This document shows positions 1 to 9,700 of a stretch of DNA of 51,014 nt, in pieces (the first letter of the stretch is position 1; each line of letters begins with the position of its first letter). The notes under the pieces were generated by a model. That model had not been told where the DNA came from. It saw only the letters and a program-made list of their open reading frames with translations, and did no database searches. The stretch lies in contig DASYPO010000224.1 in assembly GCA_036006545.1 (NCBI GenBank), positions 1 through 51,014 of the forward strand, in the 5' to 3' direction. This stretch comes from Bryobacteraceae bacterium (GTDB taxonomy: Bacteria > Acidobacteriota > Terriglobia > Bryobacterales > Bryobacteraceae). The position numbers and the translations under genes were made by a program.

Positions 1-1
1 C

Positions 2-2236
2 TCGATGGAATTCATCGAAGGCGAAACGCTTTCCGCGCGCCTGCGCCGCACCGGAGCGATGCCGCCCGAAGAGGCACGCGAGATCGCCCGCCAGATCTGC
101 GCCGGACTCGCCCAGGCGCATCAGCAGGGCGTGATTCATGGCGATCTGAAGTGCGGCAACATTCTGCTGGCGAAAACGACGGATGGCGCGACCCGCGCGG
201 TGATCACCGATTTCGGTCTGGCGCGCGTCAACTTCGGCGGACGGGCCGGATGGGACAGTGGTGGCGGACCCGCGGAGTACATGGCGCCCGAATTGTTCCT
301 GGGCGAACGCGCCAGCATCGCGTCCGACATTTATGCCTTGGGCGTGATGTTCCAGGTGATGCTTACCGGCGTGCCTCCGAAACGTCTCGGCGAACCGCCC
401 ACGGCGCAGACGCAAACCTGGGCATCTGGGTCCGCCGCCAGCACGAAAACCGTGGGCGCGAAAATCGCCCCCGCCGATTGGCAGCGTGAGATCGCCGATC
501 TGCCCGCGCCGTGGAAAAAGATCGTCACCCGTTGTCTTGCTGCAAAACCTGAGCAGCGATTTCATTCCGCCGAACAGGTTTCCCGCGCATTTGAGCCGCG
601 GCGGCTTGCGCTAAAGATCGGCACGGCAGTGGTGGTGACCGCCGGGCTCGCGTTCGGATTTTGGAAGTCGCAAGCGCCGGCTCCTGAGACGCCGGTGCGG
701 CTTGCCATCTTGCCCTTCTCCACCGAAGGCGACCCGCTCCCCGCCGCAGCGGGGGTCGCGAACGACGTAGCCGATCGGCTCTCGGGCGCGCGCCGCAACT
801 TCGTGGTCATCACACCGCGTGAGAATCAGAACCAGCGTGTTGATTCATCGGAAAAAGCTCGCCGCATCGTCGGTGCCACGCACGCACTGCAAACCCGGCT
901 GCGTACCACTGGAACCGAAGTCACCGCCCAGGCGTCGCTCACCGACGTCGTCTCGGGCCAGCGCATCGGCGAGCCGCTCCGCGGCGTGTATGCCGTCGCG
1001 GATCCATCGGCGCTGGCGAAAGCGCTGATCGCGACAGTAACCCAGGGTTTTCGATTGAAGTCGCGCGTACCGCAGGAAACCGTAGCTCCGGGGGCGTATG
1101 CCGATTATGCGCAGGCCATCGAACTGCTGCGGCGCGACGGAAACAATGCCGCGCAAGCGATTCCTTTATTGGAGCGCGCGGTCGAACGCGACCCACGATC
1201 CGCCTTGCCCTATGCCGGCTTAGCTGAGGCGCAATTGCAGCGGTTTGGCCGCGGCGAGGGCCCTGAATGGCTGGATCGCGCAGCCGCCAATGTCGCCAAG
1301 GCGAAGAGTCTCAATCCGGATTCGCATCCCGTGCTGCTGGCGTCGGGCTTGGCGGAGCAGGAGCGAGGACAATACGAACGCGCAATTCGCGATTACACGC
1401 GCGCCACCGAATTAAACCCTACCAGCTCGGACGGCTGGCGGCGCCTCGCGAACGTCTACAATGCGACGAATCGTCCGGAAGAAGCTATTGCGACATATCG
1501 AAAAGCGATCGCCGCGCAACCCGATTACTATCTCCAGTACATCGCCTTCGGGAATTTCTATCTCAATCGCAACGAATATTCACAAGCGGAGCAGCAGTAT
1601 CGCCGCGTCACCTCAAGCGCACCTGAGTTGGCGGACGGTCATATGAATCTCGGGCTGGCACTGATGCGCCAGGGACGTTTCGCCGATGCGGAAGCTTCCA
1701 TGACCCGCGCGCTGAGTCTGCGCCGTACGCCGTTGCTGCTTTCCAATCTCGGATCGCTGTATTACGCACAGGAACGTTTTACGGAAGCCGAGCGTTTCTA
1801 CAAAGAATGCGTCGAATCGCAGCCCTCCGCGCTGCGCTACCGAAATCTGGGCGACGCCTACCGGCACCTTCGGAAAAGGAAGGAGGCGCAGCAGGCATAC
1901 TTGGCCGGTCAGAAACTAGCGGAGCAGGAAGTCGCCCGCAATCCACGCCAGGCATCGGCCCGCGTGCGGCTGGCAATTCTGTGCGCTTTTCTCGGCGAGT
2001 CGCGGCGCGCGGAAAGTGAACTTTTGCAGGCGCTCTCGCTCGACCCGGAGAACGCGGGCGTGATGCGCGAGAGCTCCATTGCTTATGAGTTTCTGCGCCA
2101 GCGCGAAAAAACGCTTGCCGTGTTACAGAACGCACCCAAGTATCTACTGGAGGATCTCAATCGCCAGCCCGATACAGGTCAGTTACGGAAGGACTCGCGT
2201 TTTCTGGATTTGCTTCAGAGAAAAGCGACACAATAG
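2..2236 (+). CDS. Ser/Thr protein kinase, 5' partial (kinase domain cut by window edge), followed by a TM helix, an extracytoplasmic domain and TPR repeats
   Basis: The frame is open to the window start. Motifs seen: catalytic loop VIHGDLKCGNILL (HRD replaced by HGD), ITDFGLAR (DFG) and YMAPELF (APE). One hydrophobic helix, LALKIGTAVVVTAGLAFGFW. The C-terminal half has repeated TPR-like 34-aa periodicity (A..Y..A....P....A...LG). Confidence 0.9.
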   Translation, partial: SMEFIEGETLSARLRRTGAMPPEEAREIARQICAGLAQAHQQGVIHGDLKCGNILLAKTTDGATRAVITDFGLARVNFGGRAGWDSGGGPAEYMAPELFLGERASIASDIYALGVMFQVMLTGVPPKRLGEPPTAQTQTWASGSAASTKTVGAKIAPADWQREIADLPAPWKKIVTRCLAAKPEQRFHSAEQVSRAFEPRRLALKIGTAVVVTAGLAFGFWKSQAPAPETPVRLAILPFSTEGDPLPAAAGVANDVADRLSGARRNFVVITPRENQNQRVDSSEKARRIVGATHALQTRLRTTGTEVTAQASLTDVVSGQRIGEPLRGVYAVADPSALAKALIATVTQGFRLKSRVPQETVAPGAYADYAQAIELLRRDGNNAAQAIPLLERAVERDPRSALPYAGLAEAQLQRFGRGEGPEWLDRAAANVAKAKSLNPDSHPVLLASGLAEQERGQYERAIRDYTRATELNPTSSDGWRRLANVYNATNRPEEAIATYRKAIAAQPDYYLQYIAFGNFYLNRNEYSQAEQQYRRVTSSAPELADGHMNLGLALMRQGRFADAEASMTRALSLRRTPLLLSNLGSLYYAQERFTEAERFYKECVESQPSALRYRNLGDAYRHLRKRKEAQQAYLAGQKLAEQEVARNPRQASARVRLAILCAFLGESRRAESELLQALSLDPENAGVMRESSIAYEFLRQREKTLAVLQNAPKYLLEDLNRQPDTGQLRKDSRFLDLLQRKATQ

Positions 2237-2251
2237 AAAAGGACAAAACTC

Positions 2252-2578
2252 ATGCCCAACGCTCCAGTGCACCACGAAGTAACCCTCAACTATGGCTCGC
2301 CGTTCTCCGCGAACCCGCCCAAGATTCAAGTGAAGCCTGGCGACACCATCTCGTTTAGGTTGGGCCAAGGCCCCGCAAACGGCAAAATTCGTGTGACCTT
2401 CAAGGCTAGTGACCAGGCACGCTTCTCGGCGCGTGTATTCAACGGGGGAGATCCGAACGTTCGGGTCACTGCCAGCGTAGTCCCAACGACCTACCACTGT
2501 GAACTCCTGGTTAACGGCGCAGTAGTCGCGGAGAGCCAGGAAAACGGCGGCGAGATTGAGCCGGCCCCCGGCAACTAA
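2252..2578 (+). CDS. hypothetical small protein (108 aa)
   Basis: The ORF starts 15 nt after the kinase stop, with a purine-rich tract upstream (aaaaggacaaaactcATG). Codon usage resembles the neighbours. No family was recognised. Confidence 0.5.
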   Translation: MPNAPVHHEVTLNYGSPFSANPPKIQVKPGDTISFRLGQGPANGKIRVTFKASDQARFSARVFNGGDPNVRVTASVVPTTYHCELLVNGAVVAESQENGGEIEPAPGN

Positions 2579-2628
2579 ATACCGAAGATTCCTGCGAACC
2601 TTCGCGGGGCTGCATCGTACTTAGTTGC

Positions 2629-5097
2629 ATGCATTCCCTGATGACGCAGGTCCGCCTGGTCGGGCGGCGCCTCGCCCGCACGCCGATGTTCACGTTCATT
2701 ACGCTGCTGACGCTGGCCATCGGCATCGGAGCTAACAGCGCGATATTCAGCGTCATCAACGGAGTGCTCCTGAAGCCGCTACCTTTCGACCAGCCCGAAA
2801 GACTGGTCGGTGTGTGGCACACTGCGCCGGGACTGGGTTTCAAGCAGCTCAATTCGTCGCCGTCCACTTATTTCACATACAAGGACGAGACGCAGACGTT
2901 CGAAGATTCTACCGTGTGGCAAAGCAGCTCGGTGACCATCACCGGATTGGCCGAGCCCGAGCGCGTGCAGGCGTTGTACATTACCTCCAGCTTCCTGCCG
3001 ATCCTGCGCGTGCAGCCGACGGTCGGCCGCGCATTCACTGCCCAGGACGACGCACCAAAGGGTCCCAACAACGTGATCCTGACGCACGCCTACTGGCAGC
3101 GCAAATTCGGCGGCGATCGATCCGCCATCGGCAAACGCCTGCTGATCAGCGGTGAAGCCTACGAGGTCATCGGCGTGATGCCGGAAACATTCCGCTTCCT
3201 GGATACCACTCCCGCGGTACTGTTACCGCAACAGCTCGATCGGACCAAGGCCTTCGTCGGTGGGTTCAGTTACCAATCGTTCGCACGCCTTAAGCCCGGC
3301 GCGACTATCGAACAAGCCAATGCCGACGTCGCGCGCATGCTGCCGATGATGCTCAACAAGTTTCCGATGCCGCCCGGATTCACGGTGGCGATGTTCAACG
3401 ACGCGCGCATCGGACCAAATGTTCATCCGCTCCGGGATGACGTGGTCGGCGACGTAGGCAAGACCCTCTGGGTGATCGCCGCGACAGTAGGGATCGTGCT
3501 GTTGATCGCTTGCGCGAACGTCGCGAATCTTCTGCTGGTGCGCGCCGACGGCCGACGTCAGGAGTTGGCGATTCGTGCCGCATTGGGTGCCGATCGCGGA
3601 CGGCTTGCCCGCGAGCTTCTGGGCGAAAGCATTACGCTGGGCCTCATTGGCGGCGCACTCGGGCTTGGCCTCGCGTGGGCGGGACTACGTTTGCTGGTGC
3701 AAATCAATCCCGGAAATCTTCCGCGGTTGAACGAAATCACGATCGATCCGCTGGTGCTGCTGTTCACGCTGGGAATCTCGCTGATCGCGGGCGTGCTGTT
3801 CGGACTGATTCCGGCGTTCAAGTACGGCGGTCCGAAGCTCGAAACTGCGCTGCGCCAGGGCGGACGATCGTCGAGTCAGGGTCGCGAGCGGCATCGCGCG
3901 CGGTCGGTGCTGGTGGTCTGCCAAGTGGCCATGGCGCTGGTGCTGCTGATCAGCTCCGTATTGATGATGCGAACCTTCCAGGAACTCCGCAAGGTCGAGC
4001 CGGGATTCAAGAATCCCCAGGAGGTGCTCACCCTCCGCATCTCGATTCCGCAGGGCATGGTGAAAGACGACGGGCAGGCGACGCGCATGCATCAGGAAAT
4101 CCTGCGACGCGTATCGGAAGTTCCGCAAGTCGTCTCCGCAGGACTGACGACGTCGGTGACCATGGACGGCAATACCTCTAACGATCCGATTTTCTTCGAG
4201 GACTACCCGACGCCTGAGGGCCAAATCGCGCCACTGCGCCGCTACAAGAGCGTCGCACCTAATTATTTCCACACGATCGGACGGCCGATCGTGGCTGGGC
4301 GGGATTTTACCTGGAACGACATTCTGAACCTGACGCCGACGGTGATTCTGACGGAGAATCTGGTGCGGGTGCATTACAAGGATCCGAATCTAGCCATCGG
4401 CAAGCGCGTACGTGAGCGGCCCGGCGGCACGTGGCGCGAAATCATCGGTGTGGTGGGCAACGAGCATGATGACGGCGCCGATCAGAAAGCCACCGCCGTC
4501 GCCTACTGGCCGATCATGCAGCGCGATTTCTGGGGACAGAAGATCCAGACGCAACGCAATTTGTTGTACGTAGTGCGCAGCCCGCGGGTGGGTACGCCGG
4601 CGCTGCTCGACGACATTCGCAAGGCGGTGTGGTCGGTGAATCCGGATTTGCCGCTGGCCAATGTGCGGACACTCGAGGAAATTTACAAGCGCTCAATGGG
4701 ACGCACGTCGTTCACGCTGGTGATGCTGGCCATCGCCGGGATCATGGCGATGCTGCTGGGCATTGTCGGAATCTACGGCGTCATTTCGTATTCCGTCGCC
4801 CAGCGCACTCGCGAGATCGGAATCCGCATGGCGCTTGGCGCGCGCGAGGAATCGGTGCGCGGGATGTTCGTGCGCCATGGCTTGCTTCTGACGGGAATTG
4901 GAGTGGCTGCGGGGATCGGTGCGGCATTCGCGTTGACGCGGCTGATGTCGTCGCTGCTGTTCGGAGTCAGCCCACTGGATCCGGTGACATACGTGCTGGT
5001 TCCGATCGGTCTGCTGGGGGCCGCGTTCGTGGCGAGCTATCTGCCGGCGCGACGGGCTACGGTGATCGATCCGGTGCAGGCGCTGCGGTCGGAATAA
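2629..5097 (+). CDS. ADOP-family duplicated permease (MacB-like periplasmic domain + FtsX, twice)
   Basis: The N-terminus LVGRRLARTPMFTFITLLTLAIGIGANSAIFSVINGVLLKPLPF is typical of the acidobacterial duplicated orphan permease family. There are two FtsX-type 4-TM halves, each followed by a REIGIRxALGA-like loop (ELAIRAALGAD and REIGIRMALGAR). Confidence 0.9.
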   Translation: MHSLMTQVRLVGRRLARTPMFTFITLLTLAIGIGANSAIFSVINGVLLKPLPFDQPERLVGVWHTAPGLGFKQLNSSPSTYFTYKDETQTFEDSTVWQSSSVTITGLAEPERVQALYITSSFLPILRVQPTVGRAFTAQDDAPKGPNNVILTHAYWQRKFGGDRSAIGKRLLISGEAYEVIGVMPETFRFLDTTPAVLLPQQLDRTKAFVGGFSYQSFARLKPGATIEQANADVARMLPMMLNKFPMPPGFTVAMFNDARIGPNVHPLRDDVVGDVGKTLWVIAATVGIVLLIACANVANLLLVRADGRRQELAIRAALGADRGRLARELLGESITLGLIGGALGLGLAWAGLRLLVQINPGNLPRLNEITIDPLVLLFTLGISLIAGVLFGLIPAFKYGGPKLETALRQGGRSSSQGRERHRARSVLVVCQVAMALVLLISSVLMMRTFQELRKVEPGFKNPQEVLTLRISIPQGMVKDDGQATRMHQEILRRVSEVPQVVSAGLTTSVTMDGNTSNDPIFFEDYPTPEGQIAPLRRYKSVAPNYFHTIGRPIVAGRDFTWNDILNLTPTVILTENLVRVHYKDPNLAIGKRVRERPGGTWREIIGVVGNEHDDGADQKATAVAYWPIMQRDFWGQKIQTQRNLLYVVRSPRVGTPALLDDIRKAVWSVNPDLPLANVRTLEEIYKRSMGRTSFTLVMLAIAGIMAMLLGIVGIYGVISYSVAQRTREIGIRMALGAREESVRGMFVRHGLLLTGIGVAAGIGAAFALTRLMSSLLFGVSPLDPVTYVLVPIGLLGAAFVASYLPARRATVIDPVQALRSE

Positions 5098-5190
5098 TGG
5101 GGGGGCGGATCCCCTGATCCGCGGCCGGCCCCCTGGCCGGCCTTCTGCGGGACGAGGGCGTCCCGCGCGGGCGAGGGCGCCCGCCCCCCA
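5098..5190. repeat. GC-rich tandem-hairpin element (REP/BIME-like), instance A. It fills the whole convergent spacer.
   Basis: Four consecutive perfect hairpins with 4-nt loops: gcggatc-ccct-gatccgc (5105-5122), ggccggcc-ccct-ggccggcc (5123-5142), gggacg-aggg-cgtccc (5149-5164) and gcgggcg-aggg-cgcccgc (5167-5184). They are flanked by an outer inverted repeat, tgggggggcgg ... ccgcccccca. Confidence 0.8.
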
Positions 5191-5194
5191 AAAG

Positions 5195-6307
5195 TCAGTG
5201 CTTGCCGGTAACCAGCGGGACCAGCTCGACCAATAGAATCACGATCACGATCACTTCCAACAGGAAGCTGCGCAGCTCGCGAAACTCGTTGACCATGGAC
5301 TGGTAAATCTCACCCGCCGTGTGCAGCTTGGATTCGACTAGACCGCGATAATCCGCCGCGCCGATCTTCACCGTGGCCAACTGAAACGCCCGCGCGTAGT
5401 ACATGTCGCTCAGGAACTTGATCGCGTTCTGGGTGCGTTCTGAAAGCTCACGCACTTCGAGGCGCAATGTGTCCAGGCGTTCTGCTTCTCTCGCCAGCCG
5501 CCATCTGGCGAAGAATCCCCGCCGATTTTCCAGACTGTCGTAGCCCTCTTCCAGAACGCGCGTGAGAATGTTGTCGTAATGCCGGTACTCGATTAGCTGC
5601 ACGTTGGCGTATTCAAGCAACTGCAGCACCGGCACCGCGCCTTCCGGCGTGTCGTAGACCACCGCCCCCATCCAGGCGGCCAATAACAAATCGGAAGGAT
5701 AGTAGGACATGCTCGAGCCCATCAATTCGCGCTGCTCCCCGGCAGCCAGCGGCGTGGTTTCGCCGCGGACGATCTGCGCAAGCTCCGAGCCGTAGCGCTC
5801 GATCATCTCCGCGCCGCCGAGCATGCGACCCTCGGCAGTTCGAACCGAGCGCAAGTGAATCACGCTGTAGGTTTCGTCGAGCCACTCCGCATAGGGTCCC
5901 TTCAGCGCGCCTTCCGCGCGCGCCACGTGGCTGCGCACGCGCTGGGCCGCAATCTTTTCCAATTCAGGCGCATTCATCCACTGGCTGGACCAGGCGATCA
6001 CCTGGTCCCATCCGGCTTCGAATGGGAACTCCAAATCCAGGCTCACCACGCCCTGCTCGAAATAGCGCAGACAGGCGCGAAAGGTCCTCCCGTCGGGGGT
6101 CTGGACCGGTTCTGTGGGCGTCATCACCGGCGGGCGGACGAATCTTACGTAGTCCGGAACAGGCAATTTGAACCCGAGCGGCCGTTCCGGCTTACACCCC
6201 GCCAATTCGGAGAGACTTTCCAAATGGATCTCATCCGCGATATCGTAGAAGTAGAGCGCGTGGAACGACCCTTCGCAGATTGTAGGGATAACGCGGTCCT
6301 CTGGCAC
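5195..6307 (-). CDS. membrane-anchored hypothetical protein, possibly DUF155/RMD1-like
   Basis: 370-aa ORF with coding-like composition. It has a C-terminal coiled-coil-like region followed by a single terminal TM helix (LLEVIVIVILLVELVPLVTG), an arrangement I associate with DUF155. The family assignment is from memory only. Confidence 0.7.
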   Translation of the reverse strand: MPEDRVIPTICEGSFHALYFYDIADEIHLESLSELAGCKPERPLGFKLPVPDYVRFVRPPVMTPTEPVQTPDGRTFRACLRYFEQGVVSLDLEFPFEAGWDQVIAWSSQWMNAPELEKIAAQRVRSHVARAEGALKGPYAEWLDETYSVIHLRSVRTAEGRMLGGAEMIERYGSELAQIVRGETTPLAAGEQRELMGSSMSYYPSDLLLAAWMGAVVYDTPEGAVPVLQLLEYANVQLIEYRHYDNILTRVLEEGYDSLENRRGFFARWRLAREAERLDTLRLEVRELSERTQNAIKFLSDMYYARAFQLATVKIGAADYRGLVESKLHTAGEIYQSMVNEFRELRSFLLEVIVIVILLVELVPLVTGKH

Positions 6308-6438
6308 GGTGCTCCCAGCATACGTACTTTTGAAGCTTACTGCTTGGAGCTATCTTGTTGAATCCTTTTGACGGTTTGACGCATCTATTAATCAGGGAAC
6401 GGTCCAGGTTTTAACCAGGGACACAGGTAAGTGTTTGC

Positions 6439-6711
6439 ATGGAATGGCACATCATTAATCACAAGGACTACATCGACGGTCCCTTCGATACTTTCGAAGC
6501 GGCCCTGAAGCATGCCTGCTATCTGGGTGAAGACGCCCGGGTGGAGCCGCGTGTGCGGCGCAAAGCAAAGGACTTCTACGTGTACAACCCACCCTACGAC
6601 CGCCGCGAACGGTGGCAGGCCGAGTACTGGATCTGTACGCGGGAAGCCGCCGTTGCCAAGGGCGTCCACGAGACAATTTTCTCGCAACCCCTCCAGGAAG
6701 CCTGGCTGTAA
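6439..6711 (+). CDS. hypothetical small protein (90 aa)
   Basis: Isolated ORF in a locally lower-GC patch between two minus-strand genes. No motif recognised. Confidence 0.4.
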   Translation: MEWHIINHKDYIDGPFDTFEAALKHACYLGEDARVEPRVRRKAKDFYVYNPPYDRRERWQAEYWICTREAAVAKGVHETIFSQPLQEAWL

Positions 6712-6736
6712 GGTCGTAGCGGGCGAGGTTCGCTGG

Positions 6737-9700
6737 CTATCGGATCGCGACCGGCGCAGAGCGGCTGGTCTGTCCGGCGACCGTCAGAGTGATCGGCACT
6801 GCCGCGCCACTCACCCCTGCGGGTACCACTACGTTCACTTGGTACAAGCCGGTGGAGCCGGGTGTGAGTCCCGCGAATCCCGCGTTCACGGTTTTGTCGC
6901 CGATGGTCACCGTTACGGGCGAAACCGTGTTCGCAAGCCGATCGAGCGGCGCGGGCGAGCCTGCCGCAACACTCACATCGGTGGGGCCGAGGCCAGTGCA
7001 ATAAATCACCAGCGTGTCCCCCGCTTGCGCCGGCGAGGACGACGAAACCAGGAATTGCGTCCCGTCGCTGCGCGCCGCGACCACGATTGCATTGACGCCG
7101 CCCGAAAGAAAAATTCCCGGCTGCGCCGCCGCCACATCCACCGTCACCGGCGTCGACAAAGTTTGCCCGCGCTGGATTTGAATCTGTTGCGGCGTTTCAG
7201 TGTTGATTCCGTACGGAACCAGGAAATTGATCTGGCCTTCGCTGACGATATGCAGCGGTGCAATCTCACCGGCGATGACCACGACGGTGTTGCCGAGCTT
7301 CTCAGGCAGCGGTACCGACGTGGCTTGCGCCAGTCCGTCTGCCAGGCGGTTCCCGAAGATCGAAACGAAACTGCCCGGCGCGATGGGCTGATACGGCACC
7401 GGATACGCCGCGCTGCCCAGGGAGCCCTTCGTGAACGCGGGAGGATCCTTGTCGGATTTGAGCGACCCATCCACTTCGCGCGAGCCGCTGATGTTCAGCT
7501 TCGGATCGATGGCGTCCAGGCGCAGCACCAGGTTCCCACCGCCGCTGTGAGTGGAGGTCCAGGTGGCCTGCCAGGTTCCATCGTTGAGCGAGTGAAGCGG
7601 AACCGGAGTATCTCCGTTCGAGAAACTAACGGTGACATCGCCGGCGACTAGCGGATTAAAGCAATCGTCTGTGACCTTGGCAGTGATTGCAACCGGCCAG
7701 CCCGCATTGGCTGCAAAAGCCGTGCCGATCGAAGTCATGGCGGGGACCAGCCGCGTCGGCGAGCATCCGCTTGCCGCACGCGTGTCGGAACCGTCTTCGA
7801 CTTGATTCCCACTTGCCGCAGCCGGGGTCGCGATGACGGTGAGCTTCACCGATTGAACGCGTCCATCGGAGAATTGGAAGTTCAAAATCTGGGTCGACGT
7901 CCCGACGGGGAAAGTTCCGCTGGGCTGAATCACGACCGGCGACGGCTGGCTGGGATCGAGCGCGCCTTCGTGCGGCAATACCAGCACGCCGAAGCCCGGC
8001 GGGCGGCCGATCGCGAAAGTTTTTGCGCCCGCGCCGATGCTATAAACCAACAGCGTCTGCGAGCCGGGCGTCAGACCGGGCGTGGCGTTGAACACTAGTT
8101 CCTGCGGCTGCACCATCGCGCCAGGCTCGGACCCGGCGGGCAGCACCTCCAGAAAAATCGTGACCACCTGCGGGCTGTTCGCGGCGCCCGGCGCGGTGAT
8201 GCGCACGAGGCCATAGTAATTTCCGGCCGCCAAACCGGTTGCGTCGACACCCACCGTGACCTGCGGCGCGACCGCGGCGGCGCTGCTCGCGCCGGTGCGC
8301 GGACTGATCTGCAGCCAATTGGGACCGCCGGCGAGCGTGGACGTGCTGGCAGTCCAGTTCAGCACGCCGGTTCCGACGTTCACCACTCCGAAGGTCTGCG
8401 TGGGAACCACGCCGCCTTTCGCCACCGCGGTGAAGCTGATGCCGGTTTGGGTGAGACGCAGCGCCTGCGTCAGCCTGCTGATGGTCATGACGACTGGAAT
8501 GACGACCGTTCCACCGGCGTCGCCCCGGATTTCGATGGTCGCCGTATAGGTACCGGGCGCGAGCGTGCCCGGGTTGGCCGTGACTGTGAGCGAGACCGGT
8601 TTTCCCGGCGTAAGTTTTCCGGATGCGGGCGAAATCGCGAGGAAGCTGCCGCCCGAAACCGCTGGAGCCGTCGCGGTGAAATTGATTGTGCCGCCGCCCG
8701 CGTTCAAAACCCGCAAATTCGCGGAAGTGGCTGCCGTGCCGCGCGGGAAAGTGAAAGAAAGATTCGGCTGATCTGTGGCAAGCTGTGGCGGCTGCGGCGG
8801 GCCGACATCAAAGGTCACGCCGATCGTGATTTTCGCGGGTGTGGCTGCGGTCGGCGTGATGGTGACGGTGGCCGAATACGAACCGGGAGCGAGATTGGTC
8901 GGATCCGCGGTAAGCGAGATTACGCGCGGGGTGGAACCGGTAGTCGCGTCGGCAGTCAGCCACTTGGTCGGGCCGGGGGTGTCGATCGCGACGGCGAAGT
9001 CGAGACCTGCGAGCGAGCCAGTCACGGTGACTGATTTCGACAGCGGCGCTCCGCCGCTGGCAGCTGAAAAATTCAAATTCGACGGGAACGCCTGCATGCT
9101 CGGCGTCGCGGCCGGAACCACACGCACGCGGTAATTGTATTCGTCGGCGATATAGAGATTTCCCGCGGCGTCGAAAGCCATCTCATTGACCACCGGGATG
9201 GATGCCGCGGTCGCGATCTTGCCGTCGCCCAACTGATCGGAGGGGCCGCCGCCGGCGACGACGGAAATCGCTCCAGCCTGCGTTACCTTGCGGACCCGAC
9301 CGCCGTGATCGGCGACGAACAGATTCCCCGCGGCATCAAAGCGCAGCGCGCTGGGCGAGCCAATGCCGCTCGAAACAAAAGTCGCGATCATGCCCTGCGC
9401 GTCGATTTTGCGAATCAGATTGTTGTCGTGGTCGGTGACGTACACATTTCCCGCGCGATCCACTTCAATGCCCGCCGGATTCGCGATCTGCGCGCTGACA
9501 GCGGGTCCTCCGTTGCCGGTGTTGCCCGGCGTGCCGGTACCGGCGAAGCGCGTGACTTTCCCGGTTGGATCGATGCGCTCGACGCAACAGCCCGAGCGCG
9601 CGACCAGCAGATTACCGGATGGGTCGAACGCCAGCGCGATCGGATTACTGATACCGGACGCGAAGGTGGTGATCAGACCGAAGGGACTAACCTTGCGAAT

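Noticed and set aside
2579-2628. A hairpin, cctgcgaa-cc-ttcgcggg, after the 108-aa ORF, considered as an intrinsic terminator.
   Set aside because: The stem is imperfect (7/8), the loop is too short, and there is no U-tract. It is not distinguishable from background in GC-rich DNA.
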